Positions 13,600 through 28,035 of a stretch of DNA of 64,000 nucleotides are shown here, piece after piece. The translations under genes and the position numbers were made by a program. A model generated the notes under the pieces. It had not been told where the DNA came from, ran no database searches, and saw only the letters and a program-made list of their open reading frames with translations. How positions within the stretch are numbered: the stretch's first letter is position 1; the number at the start of each line of letters is the position of its first letter. The stretch is taken from the NCBI GenBank assembly GCA_051294905.1, contig CM119371.1:39930001-39994000 (forward strand), in the 5' to 3' direction. The stretch comes from Botryllus schlosseri. Taxonomy: Eukaryota.

Positions 13600-14566
13600 A
13601 GGCTGCTGCACACTGGCTTTGCGACACGACTAAAACAGGTAATTCCCCGATCGTGTCGCGCTCACGATCGCGGTAGTTGCGTTCTGCTGCACACTGGGAC
13701 ACCGAGTCGTACACTCGTAACGTAGGCCTATCTGTTCTGTACCAGCTTAATGATTTCGTAACAGTATAGGTTCTTGGTTATTACTTTTGAAGAACACATC
13801 AAGATACTTCCTACACACATATGTGTTTTTTATGTGTACTGAAAGCATTTTGCTGATGCTCCGAATTTTGATAAGGAATACACCATAATGCCACTAACAT
13901 ATTCTCAAATTCGAAAACTCAGTTTATTATTTCAACTCAAGACGCAGATGCCCAATATACAGTACCCAAGATACAAAGAATATAAACAAGAAGGTGTCTA
14001 ATCGTGGATACGCCCCAACATACTCCATCAATCAGATATCTTTATAATACATGGGCCTACTCTTCTTGGCCTACCGGTACTTTCGTAATGTCAAGCATGT
14101 CAGTGGTATTGGCGGGCTAGCGGTCATGTTGTCTGTTATTCATCTTGTATTGTGAACATATCGTAATTTAATTATCAAATATATCTTCATTTCGTTCATC
14201 CATCTTCAAGTTATCAACTTGAGGTTGAATCATTCTTTTTCTGGGCTTGTTGGATATCATACAGCGCCCTGAGTCAATCCCAAGATAAATTACGCATCTG
14301 GTACATGTGTATGTTAAATTAGGAAGTTGAACGATTAGAAAAGATTGCAAAAGCACCGTCGTAATAAGAGCGCGTGCTTATTTTCTACGGCGGCTGAGCC
14401 CGCAACTCGCGACAAAGTTGGATTTTTTCAACTTTGTCGGCGAGTTGCGTAGCCCGCTCGCCGACGCTTTGTTGCGTAGTCTGGCGACGCGGTGTGCATG
14501 GTTTTGTCACAGACAGGCGCGATTCTCTCGTTTTGTCGTGTCGCGAGAGCCAGTGTGCAGCAGCCT
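13600..14566. mobile_element. PIF/Harbinger-like MITE
   Basis: TIR AGGCTGCTGCACACTGGCT...AGCCAGTGTGCAGCAGCCT flanked by TAA and TTA. Confidence 0.68.
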
Positions 14567-16227
14567 TTAGGGCGCAGTATAGAGAAAGCGCGATGGATCC
14601 ACCAAAGTTCTTGTTGGAGTTTTAATTGTAGATATGTCTTTAAATATATGATGAAAAACAAGACATTTGGTGTTTTAGCTAAAGGATCTTCCTCCGTAAG
14701 CTGTCATAGGCGGGCTTAACCCTACCGACAAAAATCCGAAGATTGGTATTTTGGGTAGATATAATGTAACATAAAATCTGGAAAAGTAGTGGATAAAAGG
14801 TAAGATGCAATTAAGAGAAGTAGTTGTAGTATAGATATATGAAGTAATAGATATTCAACAAAAAGATATATAGGTTCCATGTGGTACAGGATTAGAGTAT
14901 GAAAATGCTGTTCGTTGCAAACAGATATATTTGTATGTATAAAAATGAAATAAAACAGGTATAAGATCGTGAAAACATAATATAAGCAGAGGGAATGAAT
15001 ATAGTAAAATGGATATTGACTCGTTCCAAAGCAACTCTACCATAGCACCTTACGTCGTCAGGGGTATAAAGATGTAGGTAGGGCCTTAGCCTCTCCTTTT
15101 CTGTCGCAAATAACCGGTAATGCTTACACCCGAAGGAGCAGTTGCGTATTTTTATATAATTTGGGAGTAATATCCATAGTGCTGTATTACGAAAAGGATA
15201 TAAAATGATAAGATAGATAGAAGTAAAGTGCATATTTACATCATGCATATAAGGTGAGTATAACAGAAATTAATGTAAATAAAATATAATAACATAAAGT
15301 CATTTAATGATCAATTATTTGGGTAATGGGTAATAATAACGAACCTTGGATTTGTTGATATGATGGTTGGGATGGCGATAATGGTTGAGCGTAGCTGTAA
15401 TTCGAAGCTGAAGGCGATGACAAGTAGAAGTAAAGTATAGTGATTTTTTGAATTTGTAAATCTTATGTTTACCGTAGTTGTTGACGACCGAATAATATGG
15501 TTGTGACGTCATAGTGCATTGTTTTATGTGTTCCAGAATATGGCTCATAGTAATTAGCGTATGTTATGCTTGGTTGGTTGAGTTTGTGGCACATGGAAGC
15601 GGTCTGATGGGAAATTCCTTTCTTTGATCGAGTTCTACAGCGGTGTATCTTTATCAATGGTGATATGTAAGTTAATTTGTTTTTATATATCCAAAATATA
15701 GATGTAATATAGGGTTTTGTATTAGGGCTATGGTTTGTGGTTGATATAATGAGATAGTGGGTTAGAGTAATGTTAAGGATATTATACTGTGTGGTAGGTT
15801 AGGGCAGTGAAATGAAGGTTGGGTATGCTATGCGGGTATGAGTTAGTGTTTGTGTATGGTGTATCAGTGTGAGCTCAATTGTTATTTAAATTACAGGAGA
15901 TATAAAGAAAGAGTAAAACCAGGGGTGTTGGCAAAGAGATCTGCGGAAGAAGAAGACAGATATCTGTGTATGTGTGTGGGGAAAGTGCAGGAAGAAGATG
16001 GTGTGGAATCTTTTCTTGTCCTGTAGTAGAAGGTGAATTGGTTATGTGTATCAAGTGTGAAGTGATTAAGAAAATCAAAAACTTCATACAAACTGTGTTT
16101 ATAGTGGACTTTCTATCTGTAAACGGTGTATATTCACAAGAAAGAGTCGACTCTGTGTATATAAACATATATTAAACAGAAAGAGTAACAATAATATTGT
16201 AAATAGTAATAGCTATAATATCTAAAT

Positions 16228-17646
16228 TAGGGTTGCCATACGTCCGGAATTTCCCGGACATGTCCGGAATTTCACTGTTAAAACTGCGTCCGGGAGGAAT
16301 TTCTAAAATATGCCTGAATGTCCGGAATTTTGAAGTAAGCTCAAAATTTTTCTTAAATCAACATAAACAATAATATTTTTGGGCAAATTTATGCCACATT
16401 AAATTTTTCTTCGCGCCTTGCGCGATTTAGTATTATGTATACTGGTTTTAATATGGGACTACCACCCTCCAAAACTGCGATCAACAATAAATAAAATTAA
16501 CATTCAGTAACAGAAATGAGTCTAATTGTTATCGCAATTAGAAGATAACGGTATGTTCATAGAGTCGGTTTAGACCAGGGCGGGCAACATACGGCCCGCG
16601 ACGGGATTTTGTCCGACCCGCGGACAGTTAGTTTCCCGTCTTACATGATAATGTGGCCACGGCCCCAGTCTGCCGAGCTTCCCCACTACTAGATTAAACG
16701 TCAGATGTTAGTGACCGTATGCCATAATATACGCGTGTGGGCAGTGTGCTCTGCCTGCGAGAGTGGAGCTTGCACGTAAGTTCGTCGAAGCGAGAAAAGA
16801 CTTTCATTATCGGCATTTACGATGTACTAAACCCGAATGAATTGATATCTTGGTAAATTTCGGGTACCGGGCTCATCGAACGCCTTGGAATCTTATTTAA
16901 GGATTGCACCGCGTGTGTTAATCGATAAGAGAGAAGCAGTCATGGCGGCGCCTGTATGACAATGCTGTTCTCAAATCCACATTGTCTTCGTCATAGTCGG
17001 CGAGAAATGTCTTTGAAGTGACATTGCTCTCATTAAAATACATTTATTAAATACGATTTATTCCGTGTATATGTGGATGACTGGGCGAATAATTATCGAT
17101 TCACCAATCCGGCCCGCCATGTACATAAATTTCCTATATCCGGCCCGCCAACTGGAGAAGTTGCCCGCCCCTGGTTTAGACCGTTTGGACATGACTTAAC
17201 GATGTACAATTACGCTCCTTGCATTTTCGAAGTCATCATCCTCCACCAGCTCTACCACTAACTCTGATCATGTGGGCGGAGAGAGGATCAAATCATATAG
17301 TATTATATGGAAGAACCAATATTATTGACATAATTCATTCAAATCATTTAACGACCAGATTCATATGGAAACCAGATGCATATAGTAAGTCCCAGAAGTT
17401 GCATCGATTACGATGGGCTAACGATCACGGGAGGAAGCTGAAAAAATGTGGCTTCGGCCCTGGTTACAACGTACAAAACACAACCACATACTGTTGAACC
17501 GGATCGTGACCACCTCTAGTCGATAAACAAAGTATTGCTGGTGTGACGTCATATTGATCCACAATGTGCTCGTACCTCATTTTGAAATCCGCTAGTAGGC
17601 GCTAAAGAGCGTCCGGAATTTGGATTACAAAAATATGGCAACCCTA
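16228..17646. mobile_element. hAT MITE inserted in the decayed Penelope-like element
   Basis: TIR TAGGGTTGCCATA; TSD ATCTAAAT. Related right ends at about 8470-8614 and 20030-20321. Confidence 0.92.
16576..17173. mobile_element. hAT MITE nested in 16228-17646
   Basis: TIR CAGGG(G)CGGGCAAC; TSD GTTTAGAC. Confidence 0.92.
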
Positions 17647-17728
17647 ATCTAAATGTAAAGAAAAACAGATGTATAAGGGGTAAGATATAATATAGAATTA
17701 ATAAGGTAATAAATATAGTCGTCCAAAT

Positions 17729-18289
17729 TCAATTCTTTTTCCAAGGTGTTTTAAATTTCTTTTTTTTGGTAACTTTTTCTTTCCAAATCTTCATTTTACG
17801 ATGTATCAGTTTGTTATTGGTCACAAATTGCTTTAGTTTTCTCCTAGATTTGAAACCGATGCGGAAAGGAAAAGGGTAGGTGGGATGGGTGATGCGCCGG
17901 ATATGTTTCCTATGGTTAAAAGTTTTGGAGAAAGGGTAAGTGATGAAGGTCGAATTGGTAAGGGTGGATTTCTTCCGGGTATTTCTATTGGTGATTTTGT
18001 GTCCTAATCTAAAAAGTCGGTCGGGGTATCCTAATCTAGTAAGTCGTTTTTTAAATCGGTAAATGGTGTTTTGGAGATAGTGGGGGTTCGAATTGGTTCT
18101 TTGATAACGGGTTAGTTCAGTGGCAATAATTCCGGTGTAGGTGTGGGAGGGATGGTTGGAGTCGAAAGGGATATAAGTGTAAAGGGAGGCGGGTTTGAAG
18201 AAAGTATTGTAACCGATCAATCCCTTGGTAAAGGTTCTATGGTCTTCCTTAAATATTAATATTTTTACTTGTTTTCTCCTCGATATCAC
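17729..18289 (-). pseudogene. RT C-terminal/thumb fragment of a second Penelope-like family
   Basis: FFKPASLYTYIPFDSNHPSHTYTGIIATELTRYQRTNS...FKKRLTRLGYP matches the PLE thumb pattern (KP..Y....S.HP.....I....R..R....L...GYP). The decayed element probably continues to about 14700 across the hAT insertion. Confidence 0.8.
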
Positions 18290-20797
18290 GTATAATCATT
18301 TGTAGAATCTGTTTCCGGGCCTCTCGCCGCCGCGAGATATAGTCACACATGGGGGAACTGGGGAAGGAACACAAATTAACCTCTGATGCTTCGGCTACAG
18401 GCGAGAATCGAAATAGGTCCGCCTGCGTAGATTACGTAACGGCTGAGAATTTAGATGCCATAAGTACTACCTGGCGGTTGTAAAATGAAGCACTCCTTCA
18501 AGTTTCGATGACATATTGTATTGATCATACCGTTTGCGCCATTTATTGATAAAACTCGTGTGTTTCAGTTCGTTTGCCTCTCGTTTCGCCAGACAGCATT
18601 GTTGCGTCACACTGCCAATCTCCTCAACAACGAATAATTTGGGGCTGATTGTGGGGGTTCCAGGGCCATGAGTGGAATAAAATTTATATTTTCGTAATCA
18701 GTGCAGAGTCAGCTTTCGATTGATACCCGATTCGTCAAATTTATTGCTCGACAAGCCGGTCAAAGATAACCGTCAAATTGCCTGTAGCCAAATAGAAATT
18801 GTGACGTGATACAATTTCATTGAACCGTGAGATTTGCTTGTGTCGACACCATATAGGACACTATGGTCTAACTATGGATAAGTTATCTACGACAAGGGCT
18901 GGGCACAATCTAAACGAGTACTCGAATGTATCAACTGGCCGACCGTGCGCAAACTTTAATCAAACCGTGCCTGAAGCTGACAGACACTCCATCCGAACAT
19001 ATGAATTGGAATCGCGCAACCGCATCGGAATGACTTTTCCGTTCATTTGATTGCTACGTTTACCGTGCCAGTAAGCGGCAGAAAGTATCGGAAATCGGGT
19101 TCCCTCTAAAGAATAGATGTCGTAGCTATAAAATCAATTTGTCGGTTGTCAGCACTGGAGTAAGTAGGCTACTCTTCAGCTGAAAAGTGTGAATTAAACG
19201 AGAGATTCACTACATTCACTACATTCAATTCCTTTGGGCCGCGAAGACAGAGATTGGTTCAGGGTAACGCCCAAAAGTTAAATCTTAATATCGAAATTAT
19301 GTGCCTTGTATTGTATAAACCCAAGCAACAACAATGATTCCATTATTTTTACTTAGAGCTGTGGCGCTCTACCAGCCATGATTTTCAGTCAGATCGGATT
19401 TTGAATTTCAATGAAATTGTGGAACTAGGGCACCGGCTGAAGATTAGACAATAGTCGTATTTCGATTACGTTAGCATGAATCATGAATTACATAACATTT
19501 ACGCGGCTAATCAGAATCAGTAATTAGCGCTCTTGAATACGACTATTACATAGTACCTAGGGGAATATTTATGCTCATGCATGGTATTTTTCTTCGCGCT
19601 GCGCGCGATTTGCCATCACATTTATTGGTTTTAATATGGGGACTACCAACCTCGCAAAAACTACCATATAAATATAAACAAAAACACCGTTCATTTACTG
19701 GAATAAGCCTAATTGTAATCGCAATTATAGGAGAACGGTATACTCCTAGAGATCGTTCAGACCGTTTAAATGCTTTATTCAAAGACAGTGGTTCCGAACG
19801 CGAATATGTTGAACGTAATCGGTCCGTGAGTAAGTCTGGCCAAAGGTGCTGACTTCTTTTAGCAATCAGCTCGTCAAATTTTTATCTGGGCCACGAAACA
19901 TTTTCAAATTGGAGATGGACTCGTGGAGTCGTGACCATAAAAGGTTGGAAACCACTGGATGGGGGGTGTTTATTATGCTCCGTGGTGAGCACCGGCATAA
20001 GGCTGATAATCAATCTTATCGGTGGGACATGAACATGACTTAACGATGTACAACTATGTTCCCTTTATTTTCGAACTCGTCATCCTCCTCCAGCTCCACC
20101 GCTAACTCTGATGAGATGGCGCAGAGTACCGGTAGCAGCTATATAATAATATGTCAAACAACTGATATTATTGACAGACTTCATTCAAAAAATTTAACGA
20201 CCAGAGAAACCAGATTCATGTAGCAAATCTTTGCTACTGTGATGTCATAACTCATTTTAAAATCCACTAGTGGCCGCTAAAGAGCGTCCGGAATTTGGGT
20301 CACATAAATATGGTAACCCTAGGTGGGCCAGATACAAGATACAAGGTATCTGGTAGACCGAATTCCGGAATAGATACATTATTCGCAGATTTATCCACCT
20401 ATACAAGGAATATATCGTATTTAATGTAAATTTAAAGGTTATTGCAAGACCAAAATCAGTATTCAAAGAATTTATCATTGTAAATAAACTTCAATATCTG
20501 TTGAAGTCAATGAGACATCTGGGGTCGATCAAAACAATCAGCAAGTTCTCTGAACTCTGGACTTAGAAACCATCAGTCAGATTGGAACGCAGCTTTGCCT
20601 TGCTCCTATTCATGGTCGAAAATGTTTGCCTGCAAATGTACGCCTATGTAGACCGGAATAGAACAAGTGGTTTCATGGCCACCTTTCTGAGGTCGACAAA
20701 CTTAGATTCACTCAGTGACGCAGAAACGCACAGCATAAAGAAAACTAAGAGCTATAGAATAACCAACAGTAACTATAGTTTGACGTAGTAAGTAAGT

Positions 20798-22628
20798 TGT
20801 AGCCGTTCGGTCGTAGTCCTCGCTATCTAACTGAATGCGGCTAAGTTACTTCAGGTTCGACTGGATCCAGAGACACATTGCAGATTCGACGGATATATTA
20901 CAACAAAGGCAGGCACAATAAACACATCAATACTTCCAATCCAATCCAAGACTTAACACAGCAACAACTCCATACATAGACCAACTCCAATCCAATCCAA
21001 CTCCTTACCAAACCCAACTACATACAAAAGACTAACTCCAATCACTTCCTCTTTTCCCCATCCCGCATGCTACCTTACGCATGACTGGTCTTGCAACCAG
21101 ATAGTCCGGAGTCATTATGGCTCCGGAGCCGAGCGGTTACACATCCCCGTTCCCAAGTTGAGTGATCTAGTAGTAAAGATCACTCACAAGCGACAAGAGG
21201 GAGCACAAATCAAAAAAAGTATAAAAGTGGCAAGAATATGTACAAAGAAATATGATCATGTAAAACCAGTTACAACGTCCTACAACCGCCAGTAATACAA
21301 AATTTCACAATATCCTCCAACAACGTAAAGACAGCCACCCCAATATCTTCAAAAGTTCACTCAACTGTCAACAAAAAAAAATCCACCATCAACGTAAAAA
21401 AAAACAATTGCCACAGACAGCTCCCCAGAACATAACAACATGCACGAAACCAAGCCAACATCAGAATTCAAACACGAGGTACCAATACCCATAAACAATA
21501 GCAGGTCACTATCAAAGCAAGATCACAGTTCTAACATCTCAATATCAGGGGCGTAGTCCAAGTCCAGTTTCGAATCCCAATGACCCATCATATCACTCAA
21601 ATATCTCTCGAAGTAAAAGCTTTACGGTGCGACGGCTCCTTTACATTCACATTGACACGTTCAATGACCATCTCACATTCCATCAACAACTCGAAAGTTC
21701 GAAGTATATCCGATACGTTCAGTTCTCTGCCAACAAACCCCTTGTTTCCAATTGACGAAGCCACTGTAGCACTTTCACCTCCACAATCCTCATCCAATTG
21801 TTCCTCCATCACAACTCTATCTTCATCATGGCCAACATCATTTGTCTCGTCACACAACTTCAATGGTACCATGACTACCATCCCTGATCCAATATCTTCA
21901 ACAACTGGCGCAGTAATAGTCTCTTCAGAAACCGAATCCATTGTACTCTCATATGCCAACATATCATGAACGATTTCCTCTACATGCGGTTTTTCAAAAT
22001 CCTCCTCTTCCAAGGTCACATCAACAACAGAGTTTCCAGACGAGCATACCGACACATGTTCCAAGCCACCACGTGCCACATTATCCATTTTCCCAACAGC
22101 ACGAGTGTCCAATAACTTCACAATTTGCCGTGCTTCCTTCCCAAGCATTCCTTTTGCTAACTTGTTAAAAAACCGTAATAGCACAATTTCTTCTTTCCTC
22201 TTCAATAACTGTTCACCGCATCCGTCTCCTACTGCAAACGGCATCTCTATACCGGATCCAGCATCAGGGTGCGTGCTCGCCATTTGTAGCCGTTCGGTCG
22301 TAGTCCTCGCTATCTAACTGAATGCGGCTAAGTTACTTCAGGTTCGACTGGATCCAGAGACACATTGCAGATTCGACGGATATATTACAACAAAGGCAGG
22401 CACAATAAACACATCAATACTTCCAATCCAATCCAAGACTTAACACAGCAACAACTCCATACATAGACCAACTCCAATCCAATCCAACTCCTTACCAAAC
22501 CCAACTACATACAAAAGACTAACTCCAATCACTTCCTCTTTTCCCCATCCCGCATGCTACCTTACGCATGACTGGTCTTGCAACCAGATAGTCCGGAGTC
22601 ATTATGGCTCCGGAGCCGAGCGGTTACA
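20798..22628 (-). mobile_element. Small non-autonomous LTR retroelement (TRIM-like, probably Gypsy-dependent)
   Basis: Two 344-bp TG...CA LTRs (20798-21141, 22285-22628) with no difference seen, and a 4-bp TSD AAGT. PBS-like TGGCGAGCACGC and PPT GGGAACGGGGA lie on the minus strand. Confidence 0.92.
21597..22283 (-). CDS. Orphan acidic 228-aa ORF inside the LTR element
   Basis: ATG overlaps the PBS; E/D/V-rich; no gag zinc knuckle, protease, RT or integrase motif. Confidence 0.5.
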   Translation of the reverse strand: MASTHPDAGSGIEMPFAVGDGCGEQLLKRKEEIVLLRFFNKLAKGMLGKEARQIVKLLDTRAVGKMDNVARGGLEHVSVCSSGNSVVDVTLEEEDFEKPHVEEIVHDMLAYESTMDSVSEETITAPVVEDIGSGMVVMVPLKLCDETNDVGHDEDRVVMEEQLDEDCGGESATVASSIGNKGFVGRELNVSDILRTFELLMECEMVIERVNVNVKEPSHRKAFTSRDI

Positions 22629-25600
22629 AAGTACTAAGAGATTGAGGCAGACTGTGGCCGCGGGCCGCATTATCATGTACCACCGGAAACGGCGGGCCGC
22701 TCGAAATCCCGTCGCCTGCTATATGTTGGGTTGGGTTAGTGCAGACTGCAGACGAACACGGTCACTACAGCAGTACATACCCACCGCATGATCCGTCAGT
22801 GTCGTAGGTTTAGAGACGGCATAGGCCTCGGATGTCGTCAAGGATGAGTGAAGGAAAATTATGAAACATTCAATGGTTATCGGTGTCTTCTGTCGAGGTT
22901 TATGAATGACTACATTTTGAACATTTTTATTCTCAAATTCACGGAATTTTCATATTTATTATGGCCACCTTTCTGGCGTTGGCAAACTTGGATTCATTCA
23001 GTGATGCAGAAACGCACAACATAAAGAAAACAATGAGCTATAGAATAACCTACAGTCACTATAGCTTGACGTACTAAGCAAGTAGTGTGAGATTGCGGCA
23101 GACTGTGGCCGCGGGCCGCATTATCATGCAACACCGAATGCGGCGGGCCGCTCAAAATCCCGTCGCCGGCCATATGTTGCCCAACCTGTTTTGTTCAGTT
23201 CGTAATTATCATGTGATTCAAGTGATTCTTTGGTGTCTTTAGCCAAAAAACATACCTACATAACCAAGCAGCTGAGTAACATAAGAAAAAGCAGACCACG
23301 ATATTTGCGTTTGTCAGAAATTTTGATATGCCATACATATTTCTGTTATGGTTGTAGGATCCACGAATGAAAACATTCTAGCGCAGGGAATCTCTCTTTT
23401 AGGGTGGGGTGGGGGGCGTTGAAGCATCTGAGGAGAGGCACGAAGCAGTCTGAGATAAATGTTGTTTCTTCACCTCGGAATGAGTTTAATAGGGATGGTG
23501 TGAACCTCATGACGTCACGTGACTTCATATTGCTAATTCCAACCCTACATTTCAGGGAATTGATATATTAATGTACACCTAGCCACGACTCGGGCCACAA
23601 TGCCCCAATGCTGCAGTACATACTGACTTTTTAAACGTCGCCAAGTGTACAAATGGGGAAATCAAATGATTTAATAATTTCATAAAATCAATATTTTCCG
23701 TCGCTTTGCCAACCATTTTGACGATGACTTGCAAGGGATTATAAGCTTATGCCTTATCGGTCTAGGCAGGACAATGTATACGGCGTCTGAGAGTTGCTAC
23801 GTTGATATTGAGCAGAGTGCGAATCGGGTTTCTATACTTGCTACAGATATTACGCCATTAACAAGTTATACCGCAGTAACCAATACCCCAATCACAGGGA
23901 TTTTGTTATTATGATACAGTAATTATATGAAATCCAGATGGACTCCCAGGCGTCGAGTTACGGGGTGGCGAGGTGGCGCAGCTACCCCATGACACATTTA
24001 TGGGGGGGGCCACCCCATACAATTAGATCAAACGCCCGCCGTCTGTGATTTTAAATCATCAGCGCTGTCAATCAACGAGTTCGTCATAGCGCGTAAATGC
24101 CAACTATTTAGCATTAACAGATACGCGCACGAATAATTGATTACGCTAAATCGTCGGCGACGACGAACTATAACGCCCAATAAGTTGTAATCCGTGATTA
24201 GTATTCAGACAATCGTAGCAACCTCGCTTACGACTTACGACGTCGATTTCGACACGCTTGCGCTGAGAAACAACACCTTCTCTCTCGACCAGAGGAGCGA
24301 ATGCCCGTTCTCTTCTCCTAATTAAATTGTATTTGTGCCAATATTCGTTTAAAAAATACTTCGTTATAATGCACAAACGATTGTCGCGATGTCAGAGTTG
24401 GAAGTTCCAAGTTGAAAGCCCATTGTGCTGTACGCAAGTTGAGGAATTACTGATTAGATGCGCGCTTTCTCGTTTGCTATCATCTGTAGGCTACTAATTC
24501 TTGTCTGCTTTATACAATCGTATTCCATAGGTGTCACTTGTCAGTGTTTCATTTGTTATTAATACAGCGCATTGTGCAGTTCGCGGCGTTGAATTACATT
24601 GTCAAATATTGATGCAACACGAGCTTCTCGATGGCGCAAATTTTGAATTTATCCAATTAGTTTAAACGGGAACCTTCTATGTTCCAGTAAACTTCATTGC
24701 TGGCCGGACTCTATCTAGCCTTTAGACCGAACTCGTAATATACACATTTGCATTTGGATAATGATCTTGTTTCATCACATGAACAATATGTTCAGTGTTC
24801 ACCCACGCGATAAAGCAAATCAGTACTCCACATTAGACGTGCAAATCTTTCTCACACTCATAATATTAACAGCAACTATACTGGGCGATATACTGCAGGT
24901 TTCGATGTGATCAGTAGACCAATAATAAATCGCGCATAGCACTCACATCAAAGCAATAATTGGCTTCAGGTGTTTGGTGGGTACGCCCATTTCATTACGA
25001 CGGAAGAATGTGAACCGAATTTGCAGTCGTTATTGTCGGTGACCAAGCCGTAAAATATGGTCTTTCTCTGTGTGTGTGTGTACGACTGTGAAGCTACAAT
25101 CTACGATATCATACCCATGCTTCACTTGTTAGGATTCGTGCTTAGCATTTTTCGAGATGCATGACGACTGAATTTGCAATCTCGCTCGTTTTACGCACCG
25201 GTATATACTTGTGTTGCGACAATGATCATTGGATGATCATGATCAAGCTTCGAAAATGGATAAACACGTGTTTTTTAGTTTATGTTAACAACTCACGAGT
25301 GTGCACTTGTCAGTTAGTTTGCTCACACGTCAATAATAGAGATTTTCGCGGCGCAGGGAAGATGTTGTTTAAATCTTTATAAACTAATTCACATGCCATA
25401 CAATCCTTACCGCTTCGAACTCGGAAAGTCAATTTGGTAAACTCAATCACCAGATCTCGATAATCACCTGAAGCGATAAACCAAAACCGACGAACGAATA
25501 ATATATAACTTCAGCTGTGCCTACATGTCGATACACCGTCAATACGAAAAGTTACAACGTGTATGATGTTACAAATTCCGCGTGTTCCACAGTGGCTGAG

Positions 25601-25812
25601 CTCATTCATACAAAGTATTTGAAGAAATTGTTGCTTGCGCAGTTATGGTGTGAAAACTGGATGTAAATAAAGCTTGATAGATTCTACCTCGTTCTGGGAG
25701 TATATTGATTCTATCATCATGTATGCTTGAGGTCACCGACAATAACACGAAACAATTGTAATTGTACAAATGTTTTACAGTCGAGAGTTTACTGTCTGTA
25801 ATATTTACACAA

Positions 25813-26082
25813 CTTTTATCAAAATACACCAACCAAAACTCTGTCAACAAAAGGAGTTCGTGTATCACCTAAAAATAGTACATTGAACGTTCTCTCATTC
25901 GAAATTTCATGCTGGTGACGTCATATTTTGTGATACGATTGTTGATATACAATGTTCTTTCCAATTCTCTACTAGTTGCTGACGATTACCCCTGACGAGT
26001 GTCAGCCGGAAATATTCGGGTTCATTTCAATATGAATATACTATTTAATTGTATATTGAAGTTCTGTACCTCCAAGAAGCTC
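25813..26082 (+). mobile_element. 5'-truncated single-orientation Penelope insertion
   Basis: Matches about 32556-32828; TSD TTTACACAA (25804-25812, 26083-26091). Confidence 0.88.
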
Positions 26083-26859
26083 TTTACACAAAAAGGTTGC
26101 AGCTCAAGCGATTACCGCATTGCCATGAGAGTTAATTATGATTTCACCGATGTTGTGCAACATAATATATTGAAAATTAATTTTCACGAGATCCAACCTT
26201 GCATTGCGAGATCAATAAAATCGATTTTGTAAATCCAATCTGGCGAATAGATGGCGGAAGACTCGTAGATCTACAACGCAACCTGTCATATTTGTCCATC
26301 TTGATACATCGTTATTCGAGCAAAGACTACTTTAACCACCTCTGACCGTAACTGCCGCATAACAAATCCCGAATGGGGTGGGGTGGGGGGGGGAGCGTGC
26401 TCGAAGGGGCCCAAAATTATTTTGTGAATTTATACAATTATAGTGTATTTTTCAATTGATGCAACTTTTACCATATTTCTGCGTTATGTGCGATTTAATG
26501 ATGCTAAATATCTTGATGATTGGGCACCCTTCCCCCACGCCAAAAAAATACGCATGATATGTACAAATGAGTATTTCGGCGTCGGCCGCTACCGCGCCAG
26601 GACACACCGAGACATATGAAGTTTTAGGCCATGCGCCATGCGACTCGGAGAAGTTTGCCAGAACGATCGGCAGCGAGAAAATTTTGGCCTAGACGGACTG
26701 CCCTTCTGCTGACCGAAAATTTCGATGTATATACATATTTGTTTAATCGTCTACTATGCTTCCAAATAGCTCGCGCCGAATGTTCCTGTTATGGCAATCT
26801 GAACCTCAAGACAAATAAAATCCTACAGGGAAAAAATACCAATTTGAAACCGTGTACGT

Positions 26860-27727
26860 CAGGGGTGTCAAACTCAAATTGCGTCGCGGGCCGGATTCAA
26901 GCCTTCAAATCGCCCGCAGGCCGGACCGGTCAACTGATTCCAAACTGTTATGCTCGGGCCCTTGCTTTTCACTTGAATACTTTAATATCAAGCATATATA
27001 GATTATAGTACACGGCTCATAGGGGTTTATTCTATCAAGTCGCAACACCTTTATTCGCGAGCAATAGAATTAGCAAAAATACGATGAGTGGCCAGTTTAA
27101 GAAACGATAAAACACTGGCGATAACGACGATATGAGTCGACATATTTATATACTCGGTTTGCTGTAGTCGTAATCTGGCATTCGCCCAGCGTATATACGC
27201 TGTGTGAAATAAAAGATATTTACCTGGAAATGACGGCGTTAGAATTTGGGATATTATCATTAAATCGCAAGTCGGGTTTCTCTCAAGTCCGCGGAACTAT
27301 ATTGGTGGGAATCGAGATAGCAGTGATATAGATAGTTGAATTATAAATTTGTGTAACTAATATATATTTCCATGTGAACTGGATATAACTTATACGCATT
27401 TGCGTTTTCGCTTCTGTGAATAACTACTTGTTGGTCTATTTTTTCATAAAACTCTGAACTCAGTGTGAACTTTTGCCTTCTCGTTAGAGAGAGTAAAACT
27501 ACAACGCCGTAGTCAGGTGGTTATAATATGGCCTATGAACATGCTCGACATTTGCTGTCTTGAGGGAATATTCAATGGAAGTATTTCCCGCTAAAAATCT
27601 CAACATTTGTTACAAATGTGCTGGATATTTTAAGAACTTCTCAATCTACTCAGAATAGCTTCGCGGGCCGGCTGAAATCGTCTGGCGGGCAGGATGTGGC
27701 CTGCGGACCGTATGTTTGACACCCCTG
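26860..27727. mobile_element. hAT MITE
   Basis: TIR CAGGGGTGTCAAAC; TSD GTGTACGT/GTGTGCGT. Confidence 0.88.
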
Positions 27728-28035
27728 GTGTGCGTCTTTTAGTTTAGTACATTTGGGCGATTTCGATATCTTTTTATATAGCAGACATGAAATACCATCA
27801 CGTAACGGAGTCATTGTACCAACGGGTTAGCCTTAAGAGTATTAATTATTATTTACGAGCCATCATTTTCCAATATAACACAACACCGAGATCTACCGGT
27901 AAATCTGATTATGTTAGCAAAAAGAGGATAAAATAAATTATTGCGATATCTATATGCAATTCCCGATCATATTGATCGATTCATTCATGAATTATACTAC
28001 ATTTTCGCGCTTCGCGCAGTTATGCTCGGCTGACG

